This document shows, piece by piece, positions 9,745-19,666 of a stretch of 64,000 bases of DNA. This DNA is from a virus. Numbering within the stretch: position 1 is the first letter of the stretch; each line of letters begins with the position of its first letter. The position numbers and the translations under genes are program-made. The notes beneath the pieces were generated by a model, which was not told where the DNA came from, made no database searches, and saw only the letters and a program-made list of their open reading frames with translations. The stretch lies in IMG/VR virus record IMGVR_UViG_3300025383_000010. One strand, given 5' to 3'.

Positions 9745-10928
9745 GAAAGTTAATTGCTCTCTTTATGTTATTGTGGTCGTCAATGGCCTATGCCACTACG
9801 TTTGCTGATCTAAAGTTTGGTGCCGCACAATTCAGCGATACACAATGGAATGTCAGTGCTTGTTTATATACGAATACTTGTCAAATCTATAGCCTCAGTG
9901 GTATAGGAACAAGTTGGAATACTGGATCACCATATCATCTTTCATCAACTCAGTATATACAGTTCTCACCGAGCGGCAATCCAAGTTACCCCTGGACGAT
10001 GAAAGTCTATAATAGCAATGGAACACTTGTCGCTAATCTAGGCAATGGCAAATTAACTGTGCAGGGATTAGGTACCGATAGCTCAGGTCACCATTTCTTC
10101 TTCTTCACTAACGCTAACTATAACGGTACTGTATTCAGCACTGACTATGGTTTTCCCAACAACAATGGATTCAGCTTTACTGGTACATTGAATCCTACAA
10201 CTACACAGACTGATAGTTTTGCTAGTAGTGGTTCAACTACTCCACTAAATGCAGGTCAAACATATACTTCTGCTCCTACCTACCCTCTAGCAACTATTAC
10301 GTCAACCGAACAAACTAAGATCAACCAGACAACAACTATTGGTTACAATTCAGTCTATATCAGTCAATCAGGTGGCGATAATACAAATGTCACTGTCACT
10401 CAGACGGGAGACTTCAATGCTGTACGAGGAGTTAATGGTACTCAATCTTTCACTATCACAGGTGGATCAAATGCGTTGAATGTCACACAGGGTAGTCAGA
10501 CTATATCAGGGTATCATAACCTAGTTGAAGGTTCTATTAATGGAACAGGGAACAATTTGACGATAAATCAGCAGGGTACCGCAAATTATGAACAAGCATT
10601 GATCAGTGGTAACGCAAATGTTATTAGCAACCAGTTATCAGGTGGTAATAAAAGTTTGTTTGAGAATGTATCTAACAATAATAACACCATAAACACTTCT
10701 CAGGTAGGTACTGGCAATCACTTTCTAGAACTAAACATACCAACGAGCGGAAACAATGTATCTGTCACACAATCGGGCGCAGCACAGAAAATGTTCTCTT
10801 TAACGCTAAATAATAATAACATCGGCGTAACTGTAACTCAAGATAACGCAACTACTAGTGATAGTGCTGCTATGTCTATCACTTGCACTTCCGGCCCATG
10901 TACTGGATACACATACACGAAACACTAA
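9741..10928 (+). CDS. Secreted protein with C-terminal curlin-like repeats
   Basis: Signal peptide; NVTVTQTGDFN, NLTINQQGTAN and NVSVTQSG repeats. Confidence 0.65.
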   Translation: MRKLIALFMLLWSSMAYATTFADLKFGAAQFSDTQWNVSACLYTNTCQIYSLSGIGTSWNTGSPYHLSSTQYIQFSPSGNPSYPWTMKVYNSNGTLVANLGNGKLTVQGLGTDSSGHHFFFFTNANYNGTVFSTDYGFPNNNGFSFTGTLNPTTTQTDSFASSGSTTPLNAGQTYTSAPTYPLATITSTEQTKINQTTTIGYNSVYISQSGGDNTNVTVTQTGDFNAVRGVNGTQSFTITGGSNALNVTQGSQTISGYHNLVEGSINGTGNNLTINQQGTANYEQALISGNANVISNQLSGGNKSLFENVSNNNNTINTSQVGTGNHFLELNIPTSGNNVSVTQSGAAQKMFSLTLNNNNIGVTVTQDNATTSDSAAMSITCTSGPCTGYTYTKH

Positions 10929-10938
10929 AGGATAGTTT

Positions 10939-12993
10939 ATGAATAAGTTAAAGAAAGTTTTATTGAGTCCCTGGCTAGCATTATTTACAGTAGGATTACT
11001 TCTTGTTGTTAAGTTAAGCAATCCATATATGGTTGACGCAATGAAACTTAAGTTCTATGACTATTTGATGCTAGGTAAGCCAGTACATTCGGAACAGATT
11101 GTAGTTGCAAATATCGGGGAGAAAGCGATTGAGAAATATGGGCAGTATCCTTTTCCAAGGGAAGTTTATGCTAAGATTATTACTGATATTTATGGCAGAG
11201 GTGCTGGTCTTGTCGGCAGTACTATTCTTATGCCTGAATCTGATCGCTTTGGCACCGACCACGTACTAGTAGATACACTAAAGAAGTATCCGGTTGTACT
11301 TAGTCAGACTGTAACGTCGGATTGCTCTGCATCAAGGAAAGACCAAACGATTCGTCGGACTGGAGTTGCTGTGATTGGGGACGGGCAACCATCCGAGTTC
11401 TTACCTCAATATCCATGTGTCTTATCCAATATCTCAAGTTTTCAAGATGCTGCCGTAGGGGTAGGTATAACTTCAACTCTTCCTGAATCTGATGGTGTTG
11501 TTCGTCGTGTACCCCTGCTTGCCCAATCAAAAGGCGAATTTTATCCTGCGTTTGGGCTTGAGTTAATTCGAGTTGCGTCAGGAGATCCTTCATACCAAGC
11601 GAAGGTAAATCAGACAGGTGTTGAGGCATTACGTGTTCCTTCTTTCAATACTATTAAAACTGATGAATATGGTCGCGTTTTTACGAACCCGAATTACGTA
11701 TTCTCATCGTTTGAAGTAGGCGAGAATATTCCTCGTCTCGATGGTAAGATCGTTCTACTCGGTGTGACTGCGAATGGCGTTGTAAATCCCGTAGCAACTC
11801 CAAATGGTGCCCAAATGCCGCATCAGCTTCAGGCCAGTCTTCTTCAGACGTTGATAAATGGGGATTCAGTGTCAATTCCGAATTGGGTAAGTCTGGTTGA
11901 TCTTGCTGCATTCTTCATCCTTTCACTTGCAATCATCATTCTATCAAGAGTACGCTACTCTATAGTTTGGATACTTATATTACTAGCAGGCTATGTATAC
12001 GCACCATATTATCTATATGCACACAACAAGATTCTAGTTGACATTTCATTCAACGTTGTTGCAGCAGTGCTTATTTATATGCATATCTATACTGCAAAGT
12101 TTATTAGTGAGTTCCTTCAAAAGCAACAGATTAAGAAACAGTTTGGTACTTACTTGTCACCTGATCTTGTCGCACAATTGCAGCGTCAACCTGACCTACT
12201 ACAACTAGGCGGCACCGAACAAGAACTATCAATTATGTTCACCGACGTTCGTGGATTCACTACAATTAGTGAACACTATGGTAAAGATGTTCAAGGCTTG
12301 ACAAAGATCATGAACCGCTATATGACTGCTATGACTAAGGCAATTTTAGAAAACAAGGGTACGCTTGATAAGTATATCGGTGATGCTCAAATGGCTTTCT
12401 GGAACGCACCATTGAACAATGAGCAACATGCATTGGACTCAGTAAGAACTGCGTTCCAAATGCTTAAATCGTTAGAGGACTTCAATGCAGAAATTAAAGA
12501 AGAAGGCATACCAGCTTTTGGAATGGGTCTCGGTATTAATACTGATACCGTTGTTGTTGGCAATATGGGTAGTGATCAGCGTTTTGACTATACTTGCCTC
12601 GGTGACGGAGTTAATTTGGCGTCTCGTCTCGAAGGTCAAAGCAAACCATATGGCGTCAAAATCATCATTGGACCAAAGACCGCCGAGTATGTACGACATA
12701 CATACCAAGTCATTGAACTTGACTTACTTGCAGTCAAGGGAAAGACAGAACCTGTAAAAATCTACACTGTTCTTGAGAGTTTTTATGAAGAAGATGAGAA
12801 AGCTCATATTCGCTTCCTAGATTATTATCGTAAGGGTGAGTGGGAAACAGCAGAAACTTTTGCTCATAACTTAAAGAAATCTTGGAATGGTGAATTAGAT
12901 AAGTACTATGATGCAATGATTGAAAGAATTGAAGAATACAAGGCTAACCCACCAAGTAACTGGGACGGCGTGTATAGAGCAACTTCTAAATAA
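10939..12993 (+). CDS. CHASE2-domain class III adenylate cyclase
   Basis: GQYPFPR and DGVVRRVPL (CHASE2); TM helices; FTDVRGFT, LDKYIGDAQMAFW and GDGVNLASRLEG. Confidence 0.92.
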   Translation: MNKLKKVLLSPWLALFTVGLLLVVKLSNPYMVDAMKLKFYDYLMLGKPVHSEQIVVANIGEKAIEKYGQYPFPREVYAKIITDIYGRGAGLVGSTILMPESDRFGTDHVLVDTLKKYPVVLSQTVTSDCSASRKDQTIRRTGVAVIGDGQPSEFLPQYPCVLSNISSFQDAAVGVGITSTLPESDGVVRRVPLLAQSKGEFYPAFGLELIRVASGDPSYQAKVNQTGVEALRVPSFNTIKTDEYGRVFTNPNYVFSSFEVGENIPRLDGKIVLLGVTANGVVNPVATPNGAQMPHQLQASLLQTLINGDSVSIPNWVSLVDLAAFFILSLAIIILSRVRYSIVWILILLAGYVYAPYYLYAHNKILVDISFNVVAAVLIYMHIYTAKFISEFLQKQQIKKQFGTYLSPDLVAQLQRQPDLLQLGGTEQELSIMFTDVRGFTTISEHYGKDVQGLTKIMNRYMTAMTKAILENKGTLDKYIGDAQMAFWNAPLNNEQHALDSVRTAFQMLKSLEDFNAEIKEEGIPAFGMGLGINTDTVVVGNMGSDQRFDYTCLGDGVNLASRLEGQSKPYGVKIIIGPKTAEYVRHTYQVIELDLLAVKGKTEPVKIYTVLESFYEEDEKAHIRFLDYYRKGEWETAETFAHNLKKSWNGELDKYYDAMIERIEEYKANPPSNWDGVYRATSK

Positions 12994-13020
12994 GTAGGGT
13001 TGCTAAAAAGGAGAAGTAAA

Positions 13021-13230
13021 ATGAAGAAACTACTACTAGCAACTGCTGTTCTAATGGGAGCAACATCTGCATGTGCGTCTACCCCAGCCCCTAAGGGACA
13101 TTGGGTACAGGGTGCAAACAAGATGGCAATTTTTGTTCCAGCTAAGAATGAAGCAAACTGCAAGCTAACTGGCCCAAGTTGGACTCCTGGTCCACGTGGC
13201 GTGTTTGGCTATCATTATAATTGCAAGTAA
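13021..13230 (+). CDS. Small secreted protein
   Basis: AGGAG RBS; signal peptide MKKLLLATAVL. Confidence 0.6.
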   Translation: MKKLLLATAVLMGATSACASTPAPKGHWVQGANKMAIFVPAKNEANCKLTGPSWTPGPRGVFGYHYNCK

Positions 13231-13323
13231 TTGCCCAAATAAATTGCAGTTAATGCAATAATACTGTAAATAGTATAGAAGACTCATGCATACTGCATGT
13301 CTCTATCATATAAAGGATATACT

Positions 13324-14046
13324 ATGATTTTTAAGAAGACTATTCTCGCAGTAGTTGCTGCTCTTGGATTCGCTTCCGCTGCACACGCTACTGATCTTTC
13401 CGGCAATATCACTGTTTCGTCAGACTATCGTTATCGCGGCGTCAGCCAAACTAACGTAGGACCTGAAGTATCGGGTAACCTTGACGTTACTGATAAGAGC
13501 GGTCTATATGCAGGCACGTTCTTTAGTAACGTTTCTAGTGAATATTACACCGGTGGGGCTGGTTACGAAGAAGATTTTTACGTTGGATACAAGCATGAAG
13601 TTGCTAAGGGTCTTACTCTTGACGTAGGTTCTTACACTGACACTTACTTCCATGCTAAGAACGGTAATGTTTCGTATACTACTAGTGAAGCATATCTTGC
13701 TGCTACATATGGTCCAGTTACTGTAAAGGGTAGCCACTCTTTCACTAACTACTTTGGTATTCCAAATACCCATGGCACTCATTATGTAACTGCTGATGTT
13801 TCTCAGCCAGTTGGTCCAGTTACTTTGATCGCACACTATGGTCATACGTTCACTGCACACCACAATAACTACGACTATAATGACATTAACTTCGGCGCTA
13901 GCTATAATCTCCCTAAGGGATTCACTGTTACTGGTCTTTACTATGTCAACACCAATGAAGGTGCAGGCATGAAGGCATACAACAGTGTTAATGGTCATGG
14001 ACTTTATGGAAATAACTTTGTTGTTTCTTTGAAGAAGAACTTCTAA
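13324..14046 (+). CDS. TorF/gcw_chp-family outer-membrane beta-barrel (putative porin)
   Basis: Signal peptide; GNITVSSDYRYRGVSQT; C-terminal Phe. Confidence 0.85.
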   Translation: MIFKKTILAVVAALGFASAAHATDLSGNITVSSDYRYRGVSQTNVGPEVSGNLDVTDKSGLYAGTFFSNVSSEYYTGGAGYEEDFYVGYKHEVAKGLTLDVGSYTDTYFHAKNGNVSYTTSEAYLAATYGPVTVKGSHSFTNYFGIPNTHGTHYVTADVSQPVGPVTLIAHYGHTFTAHHNNYDYNDINFGASYNLPKGFTVTGLYYVNTNEGAGMKAYNSVNGHGLYGNNFVVSLKKNF

Positions 14047-14069
14047 GTAACACTTAATAGTCACTTTAC

Positions 14070-14106
14070 TAACGGCGGGGAGTAAAATCCTCGCCGTTAT
14101 TTTTTG
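14070..14106 (+). terminator. Rho-independent terminator
   Basis: TAACGGCGGGGA/TCCTCGCCGTTA stem followed by a T-run. Confidence 0.85.
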
Positions 14107-14119
14107 TCTAAATATATCT

Positions 14120-14668
14120 ATGAAGATAGGCCTTAGTAAATCTGTAATCACCCAAGATGGTGTGACTTATGATGCCATTGAGCAGGGATGGTACAATACC
14201 ATTCGTGGGCATAGCCTATTTGTCGTCCCCAACACAATGAATCAAGACTTCAATGCAATGGCCAATGACCTAGACTCATTGATTATCACTGCTGGAAATG
14301 ACAACGCAACAAGACGTAACGTTGAAATAGAACTAGCTAACAAGATGCTTGAACGTGGCAAACCTGTCGTGGGTATTGCGAGAGGTGCCTTTTTAGCTGC
14401 GGAAATGATCGGTGGCACAGTTGAACCGATTAATAATCACAATGGATTGGATCATCCCATCTTCTATCATAGAGAAGTACGCGAAGTTAACAGCAATCAT
14501 GGCTACTGCATCAAAAGTCTACCTGATAGTGCAAACATTCTTTGCTTAGATTACTTGGGTAATCCAGAAGCGTTTATCAATGGTAACATCGCAGGCATTG
14601 TTTGGAATCCAGAAAGGATGAAGGAACCTTGGATTCCGCCTGAAATCGCATATATGCTCCGCATTTGA
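14120..14668 (+). CDS. Class I glutamine amidotransferase / peptidase C26-like protein with catalytic residues substituted
   Basis: KPVVGIARG (canonical GICRG), VNSNH, WNPER (canonical WHPE). Confidence 0.7.
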   Translation: MKIGLSKSVITQDGVTYDAIEQGWYNTIRGHSLFVVPNTMNQDFNAMANDLDSLIITAGNDNATRRNVEIELANKMLERGKPVVGIARGAFLAAEMIGGTVEPINNHNGLDHPIFYHREVREVNSNHGYCIKSLPDSANILCLDYLGNPEAFINGNIAGIVWNPERMKEPWIPPEIAYMLRI

Positions 14669-14679
14669 TAAATATATTG

Positions 14680-15258
14680 ATGCGAGCTAAACAATTCATT
14701 ATAGAATCCCCTGTTGACGAACTGGCTGAGAAGTTACCTTCTCTAGCCAAGCACGACTATGACACCATAGATAAGTTGATGCGTAAGATTGCTGAAAAGC
14801 ACAAGATCACAGGTAAAGCATTGCATGATCTATTTGTCAAAAAGTACAAGAAAACACCTGATACTTGGGTTAAGGGCAAGCTAGATGAATCTGATAAAGA
14901 TAATCTTGACCTTGATGCAGAAGTACAAAAGTTTGCCGAGTGGGCAATGCGTAGAGTACACTTAGAGAATCCAATCAAGATTGACTTAAGCTATGACACT
15001 AAGGATGCCCAAGACAATCATCACACTGGTCGTCATATTGAGGGTGATCCTACTATCTGGGTATATGCAAAGAATCGCAATCTTGTAGATATCCTTCGCA
15101 CAGTATTTCACGAAATCGTACACTGCCGTCAAAGCGAACTAGGCATGATCAAGCCAGGTGATAGCTATCCTGGCTCACCTATAGAAGCAATGGCTGATAT
15201 GCTTGCTGGGAAATATATTAAGATTTACGGCGAAAAGCATCACTATATCTTTCAATAA
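14680..15258 (+). CDS. MRAxxF-leader protein with HExxH metallopeptidase-like domain
   Basis: TVFHEIVH..EAMAD; start follows TAAATA. Confidence 0.65.
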   Translation: MRAKQFIIESPVDELAEKLPSLAKHDYDTIDKLMRKIAEKHKITGKALHDLFVKKYKKTPDTWVKGKLDESDKDNLDLDAEVQKFAEWAMRRVHLENPIKIDLSYDTKDAQDNHHTGRHIEGDPTIWVYAKNRNLVDILRTVFHEIVHCRQSELGMIKPGDSYPGSPIEAMADMLAGKYIKIYGEKHHYIFQ

Positions 15259-15323
15259 CGGTTACCAATATAGTTGAATTCTCTGCGTAGTCTGTTATAA
15301 TAACTAGACTAGAAGGAGAAAAC

Positions 15324-15581
15324 ATGTCACGTACATTTAATCAAGAAGCTAAGGTCAAGTTGACCCAGCTCATCAACGAGGGTATCTCGGTTATTCAAGA
15401 AGTCGAAACTCTCAACGAAGGTCTTAACGATACTGTTAAGGCAATTGCAGAAGAACTTGAAGTCAAGCCCTCGATTCTTAAGAAGGCTATCAAGATTGCT
15501 TACAAGCAGCGTCTCAATGAGACGAATGAAGAAAACGAAGAACTCAACAACATCCTGGAGACCGTTGGTAAGACTAACTGA
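15324..15581 (+). CDS. Small dsDNA-binding-like protein (T4 DsbA/GapR-like coiled coil)
   Basis: AAGGAG RBS; LNDTVKAIAEELEVKPSILKKAIK pattern; directly upstream of the polymerase. Confidence 0.5.
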   Translation: MSRTFNQEAKVKLTQLINEGISVIQEVETLNEGLNDTVKAIAEELEVKPSILKKAIKIAYKQRLNETNEENEELNNILETVGKTN

Positions 15582-18289
15582 TGTCATACGTTGATGCTGT
15601 CCTAGATTCCAATGCAGATAAAATCTACGTAGTAGAGCGTACTCCCGAGGGTAAACGCGCCTATAGAGAATATAGTACGAACTATGTTTTCTATCACGAA
15701 GACCCGAAGGGTAAGTATCGCTCTATCTATGGAGATAATGTATCTCGTTTCTCTACTCGTAAGAAACAAGAGTTTGAGAAGGAGAAGAGGATCCATCGCG
15801 GCAAGAGGTTGTTTGAAAGCGATGTTAACGTAGTATTCAGATGTTTGTCTGACAACTATCTTAAGGTTGAACCTCCCAAACTGCACACTTGCTTCTTCGA
15901 TATTGAAGTGGACTTTGACCCGGAGAAGGGTTATAGTCCAACCAGTGATCCATTCAACTCAGTAACAGCAATCACTTGTTATCTGGATTGGCTTGAGCAA
16001 CTTGTTACGCTAGTCATTCCTCCGAAGCATATGACCGATGAGACTGCACAGGAATTGACTAAGGACTTTCCAAACTGTTTTCTGTTTCGCTCTGAAATTG
16101 AAATGTTTGAGACGTTCTTTGATCTAATTGAGGATGCAGACGTTGTTACTGGTTGGAACTCAGAAGGGTATGACGTTCCCTATTGCGTGAATCGCGTTAA
16201 GCGAATCATGACTAAGGACGATACTCGCAAGTTCTGTCTGCTTGGTCAGATGCCTAAGCCTCGTACTTATGAACGCTTTGGTAAGGAAGAGCAGACTTAC
16301 GACTTTGTTGGTCGTATTCATATGGACTATCTGCAACTCTACAAGAAGTACAACTACGAATCTCGCCATAGCTATTCACTAGACGCAATCGGTGAGTATG
16401 AACTAGGTGAACGTAAGACTCCATATGAAGGATCGCTTGATCAGCTTTACAACAAGGACTTCAAGAAGTTCGTAGAGTATAACCGGCAGGATACTATGCT
16501 GGTGTTCAAGATTCACAACAAGCTAAAGTTTCTTGATCTAGCAAATGCGCTAGCTCACGAAAACACCGTACTGCTGCCGACGGTGATGGGTTCGGTGGCA
16601 ATGATTGAAATGGCAATTTATAATGAAGCACATGAACGAGGATTCATCGTTCCTGACAAAAAGCGTCAGGATAGTTACGGTGAAGGACAACAAGCTGCCG
16701 GAGCTTATGTTGCTGTTCCCAAGAAGGGGATTCACGAATGGGTCGGAGCAGTTGACATCAACAGTCTCTACCCCTCAGCAATCCGGGCACTCAACATGGC
16801 CCCAGAAACAATCGTGGGACAGGTTCGACAAACCCTCACAGACCAATACATGCACGAAAAAAGCATCGCCCTCGCAAAACAAAAGCGAAAGAAAAAGAAC
16901 GGAGACGATGCTGACGCAGTTACTGGAGCGATTCTTTGGGAAGGGCTCTTCGGATCGCTAGAATATACTGCTATTATGAACCAAGAGCGCGGGACAATGC
17001 TCACTGTTGACTATGAAGATGGTCGCAGTGTAGAAATGTCTGCTGCTGAGATTTGGAAGATGATCTTTGATAGTAGTCGCCCGTGGATTCTATCTGCGAA
17101 CGGCACCATCTTCACTTATGAACAAGAAGGCATCATTCCAGGTCTATTGAGTCGCTGGTATTCAGAACGTAAGAGTATTCAGAAAGAAGCAAAGGCTGCG
17201 TATGGCACTGATATGTTTGAGTATTACGACAAGCGACAGCTAGTCCGTAAGATTTTGCTTAACTCAGCATATGGCGCACTTCTAAACGAACACTGTAGAT
17301 TCTACGATAAGCGTATTGGTCAATCAGTTACGTTGAGTGGTCGTCAAGTCGTTAAGCACATGATGAGCCAGATCAATGAAACTATCGCAGAAAAGTATCA
17401 ACACGACGGTGATGCGATTGTGTATGGCGATACTGACAGTTGCTACTTCACTGCATATCCGATCTTGAAGGATCAGATTGATTCAGGCGAACTTACATGG
17501 ACTAAGGAAACTTGCATTGACTTGTATGACCAAATTGCAGAGTTGACTAACGCTAGCTTCCCTGCTTTCATGGAACGTGCATTTCACTGCCCTCGTAAGA
17601 ACGGCGAAGTGATTAAAGCTGGGCGTGAACTTATCGGTGATCGCACCCTCTTTATCACTAAGAAGCGGTATGCAATCAACATCTTTGACTTAGAAGGCAA
17701 GCGTCAAGATATTGACGGCAAGATGGGTAAGATCAAGGCTATGGGTCTTGATCTTAAAAGAGCAGATACTCCCAAGTATGTTCAAGAATTCCTAATGGAA
17801 GTTCTTAAGATGGTACTAGGTGGTTCTACTAGAGAGGAAGTTGTAGCTAAAATTCGTGAATTCAAGAAGTGGCTGAGTGAGCAAGATAGTTGGACTAAGG
17901 GTTCTCCTAAGAGTGTCAACAATCTAACTAATCACACTATCAAGTTTGAAAAGACTGGTAAGTGTGCGGTTGGTCATGCAAGAGCAGCTATTAACTACAA
18001 CTATTTACGTAAGATGAACGGTGACCAGTATAGTCAAAAGATTGTAGACGGCATGAAGGTTATCGTTTGCTCATTGAAGGATAATCCACTGGGCTTTACT
18101 AATGTGGCATATCCAACAGATGAACTTCGTCTTCCGCAATGGTTCCTTGATCTTCCCTTTGATGATCTTGACATGGAACGCAAGCTAGTTGACGAGAAGA
18201 TTGACAACTTGCTAGGCGTTCTTGACTGGGACATTCGCAGCGATACCAATACTAATAGCACATTTGATGACTTGTTTAGTTTCGGATAA
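15581..18289 (+). CDS. Family B DNA polymerase (gp43-like)
   Basis: Exonuclease motifs FDIE, GWNSEGYD and YNRQD; polymerase motifs DINSLYPS, KILLNSAYG, YGDTDS and KKRY. Confidence 0.97.
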   Translation: MSYVDAVLDSNADKIYVVERTPEGKRAYREYSTNYVFYHEDPKGKYRSIYGDNVSRFSTRKKQEFEKEKRIHRGKRLFESDVNVVFRCLSDNYLKVEPPKLHTCFFDIEVDFDPEKGYSPTSDPFNSVTAITCYLDWLEQLVTLVIPPKHMTDETAQELTKDFPNCFLFRSEIEMFETFFDLIEDADVVTGWNSEGYDVPYCVNRVKRIMTKDDTRKFCLLGQMPKPRTYERFGKEEQTYDFVGRIHMDYLQLYKKYNYESRHSYSLDAIGEYELGERKTPYEGSLDQLYNKDFKKFVEYNRQDTMLVFKIHNKLKFLDLANALAHENTVLLPTVMGSVAMIEMAIYNEAHERGFIVPDKKRQDSYGEGQQAAGAYVAVPKKGIHEWVGAVDINSLYPSAIRALNMAPETIVGQVRQTLTDQYMHEKSIALAKQKRKKKNGDDADAVTGAILWEGLFGSLEYTAIMNQERGTMLTVDYEDGRSVEMSAAEIWKMIFDSSRPWILSANGTIFTYEQEGIIPGLLSRWYSERKSIQKEAKAAYGTDMFEYYDKRQLVRKILLNSAYGALLNEHCRFYDKRIGQSVTLSGRQVVKHMMSQINETIAEKYQHDGDAIVYGDTDSCYFTAYPILKDQIDSGELTWTKETCIDLYDQIAELTNASFPAFMERAFHCPRKNGEVIKAGRELIGDRTLFITKKRYAINIFDLEGKRQDIDGKMGKIKAMGLDLKRADTPKYVQEFLMEVLKMVLGGSTREEVVAKIREFKKWLSEQDSWTKGSPKSVNNLTNHTIKFEKTGKCAVGHARAAINYNYLRKMNGDQYSQKIVDGMKVIVCSLKDNPLGFTNVAYPTDELRLPQWFLDLPFDDLDMERKLVDEKIDNLLGVLDWDIRSDTNTNSTFDDLFSFG

Positions 18290-18364
18290 ACAACTAATTG
18301 ACTTTTGCAAAGTATTCCACTATAATACACACAATACAAACCTAAATATCATAAAGGATGAAAC

Positions 18365-18559
18365 ATGAATATTGATTTTGAAAAGTTCGACACCGAAGAA
18401 AAGATTGCGTGTCTTCGCAGTGACCTAGATGAGATTATGCGTCATTTAGATATGCGTAGCTATTACGTTAGCAAGGCTGAAATGGCGGAACGCATCGCAG
18501 AAACTGAGGCTGACCGGAAGCGTCGGGCCCGACGCGCCGAAATTATTGCAAGTTTATAA
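18365..18559 (+). CDS. Hypothetical protein
   Basis: AAGGA RBS; 64-aa ORF after promoter-like motifs. Confidence 0.55.
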   Translation: MNIDFEKFDTEEKIACLRSDLDEIMRHLDMRSYYVSKAEMAERIAETEADRKRRARRAEIIASL

Positions 18560-18569
18560 AGGAAAAACA

Positions 18570-19304
18570 ATGAAAGACTACCTATTGGACTTAATTCAGC
18601 ACACTCAGGGTTTGGGTGTTGTTGACCTCGTAAAGATTGATGGCACTGATACTGAAACTAAGGTTTCTGCTTATGCTGATGATCGCTCAGTTGTCGTTAC
18701 TGGCGTTCTTAACGCTCCGATTTCTCAATTTAAGGGCGTATTCGGTATGCCTAACTTGACTAAGCTCAAGACTATTCTTAGCTTTGATGACTTGTACGAT
18801 GATAAGGCTATCATCAACGTCACTACTAAGGACGTTGATGGAACTCAGATTCCAAGTGCTATTCACTTTGAAACTGCAACGGGCGACTTCGTTAACGACT
18901 ATCGCTTGATGGCTAAGAACATTGTTGAAGACAAGGTTAAGACTGTTTCGTTTCGTGGTACTACTTGGGACGTAGAGTTTACTCCTACTGTTGATGGTAT
19001 TCAGCGTCTTAAGAAGCAGGCTCAGGCTAACAGCGAAGAAATCACTTTCACTACTAAGACTGACAATGGTGATCTTAAGATTTACTTTGGTGATCCCTCA
19101 ACTCACTCAGGCAACTTTGTCTTCCAGCCGAGTGTAAGTGGTACGTTGAACAAGCCTTGGAACTGGCCTGTCAAGGTCTTTCTCGCAATCATGGATCTTC
19201 CGGGTGAGAAGACTGTTCGCTTCGCTGATGCAGGCGCTGCTGAAATCGTTGTTGATAGCGGTTTCGCTACTTGGACTTATTTGCTTCCCGCACAGGCTAA
19301 GTAA
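18570..19304 (+). CDS. Probable sliding clamp (gp45/PCNA-like)
   Basis: About 245 aa next to the polymerase; FGMPNL.KL..IL helix and C-terminal YLLP typical of phage clamps. Confidence 0.65.
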   Translation: MKDYLLDLIQHTQGLGVVDLVKIDGTDTETKVSAYADDRSVVVTGVLNAPISQFKGVFGMPNLTKLKTILSFDDLYDDKAIINVTTKDVDGTQIPSAIHFETATGDFVNDYRLMAKNIVEDKVKTVSFRGTTWDVEFTPTVDGIQRLKKQAQANSEEITFTTKTDNGDLKIYFGDPSTHSGNFVFQPSVSGTLNKPWNWPVKVFLAIMDLPGEKTVRFADAGAAEIVVDSGFATWTYLLPAQAK

Positions 19305-19657
19305 TGCTTAAGACTATCAACGGTTCTGGTAGATATATGATGGTCAACGGTGGAATGCCTGCGACCACATATATTAACAACAGTTCAGGACTGGGCGCTG
19401 GAAACATTAGATGGAACGCCAGCACTCAATCTATGGAAGTCTATGATGGTTATACCTGGATGCAGATTAACACTAGCCATGCTAGTGTTGGTCTAACTCC
19501 TGATGCTGAATCTGCACTTTCTTGGGCTATCAAGAAGCAATATGAAGAAGCAGAACTTGAAAGGCTGGCTAAGTCTAACCCTACCATCGCTGATCTTGTG
19601 GAACAGAAAAAGAACCTTGACCACAAAATAAAGATGGTCCAAACATTAGTAAAATAG
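19304..19657 (+). CDS. Hypothetical protein
   Basis: TAATG-coupled ORF in the replication operon. Confidence 0.65.
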   Translation: MLKTINGSGRYMMVNGGMPATTYINNSSGLGAGNIRWNASTQSMEVYDGYTWMQINTSHASVGLTPDAESALSWAIKKQYEEAELERLAKSNPTIADLVEQKKNLDHKIKMVQTLVK

Positions 19658-19666
19658 GATCCTACA

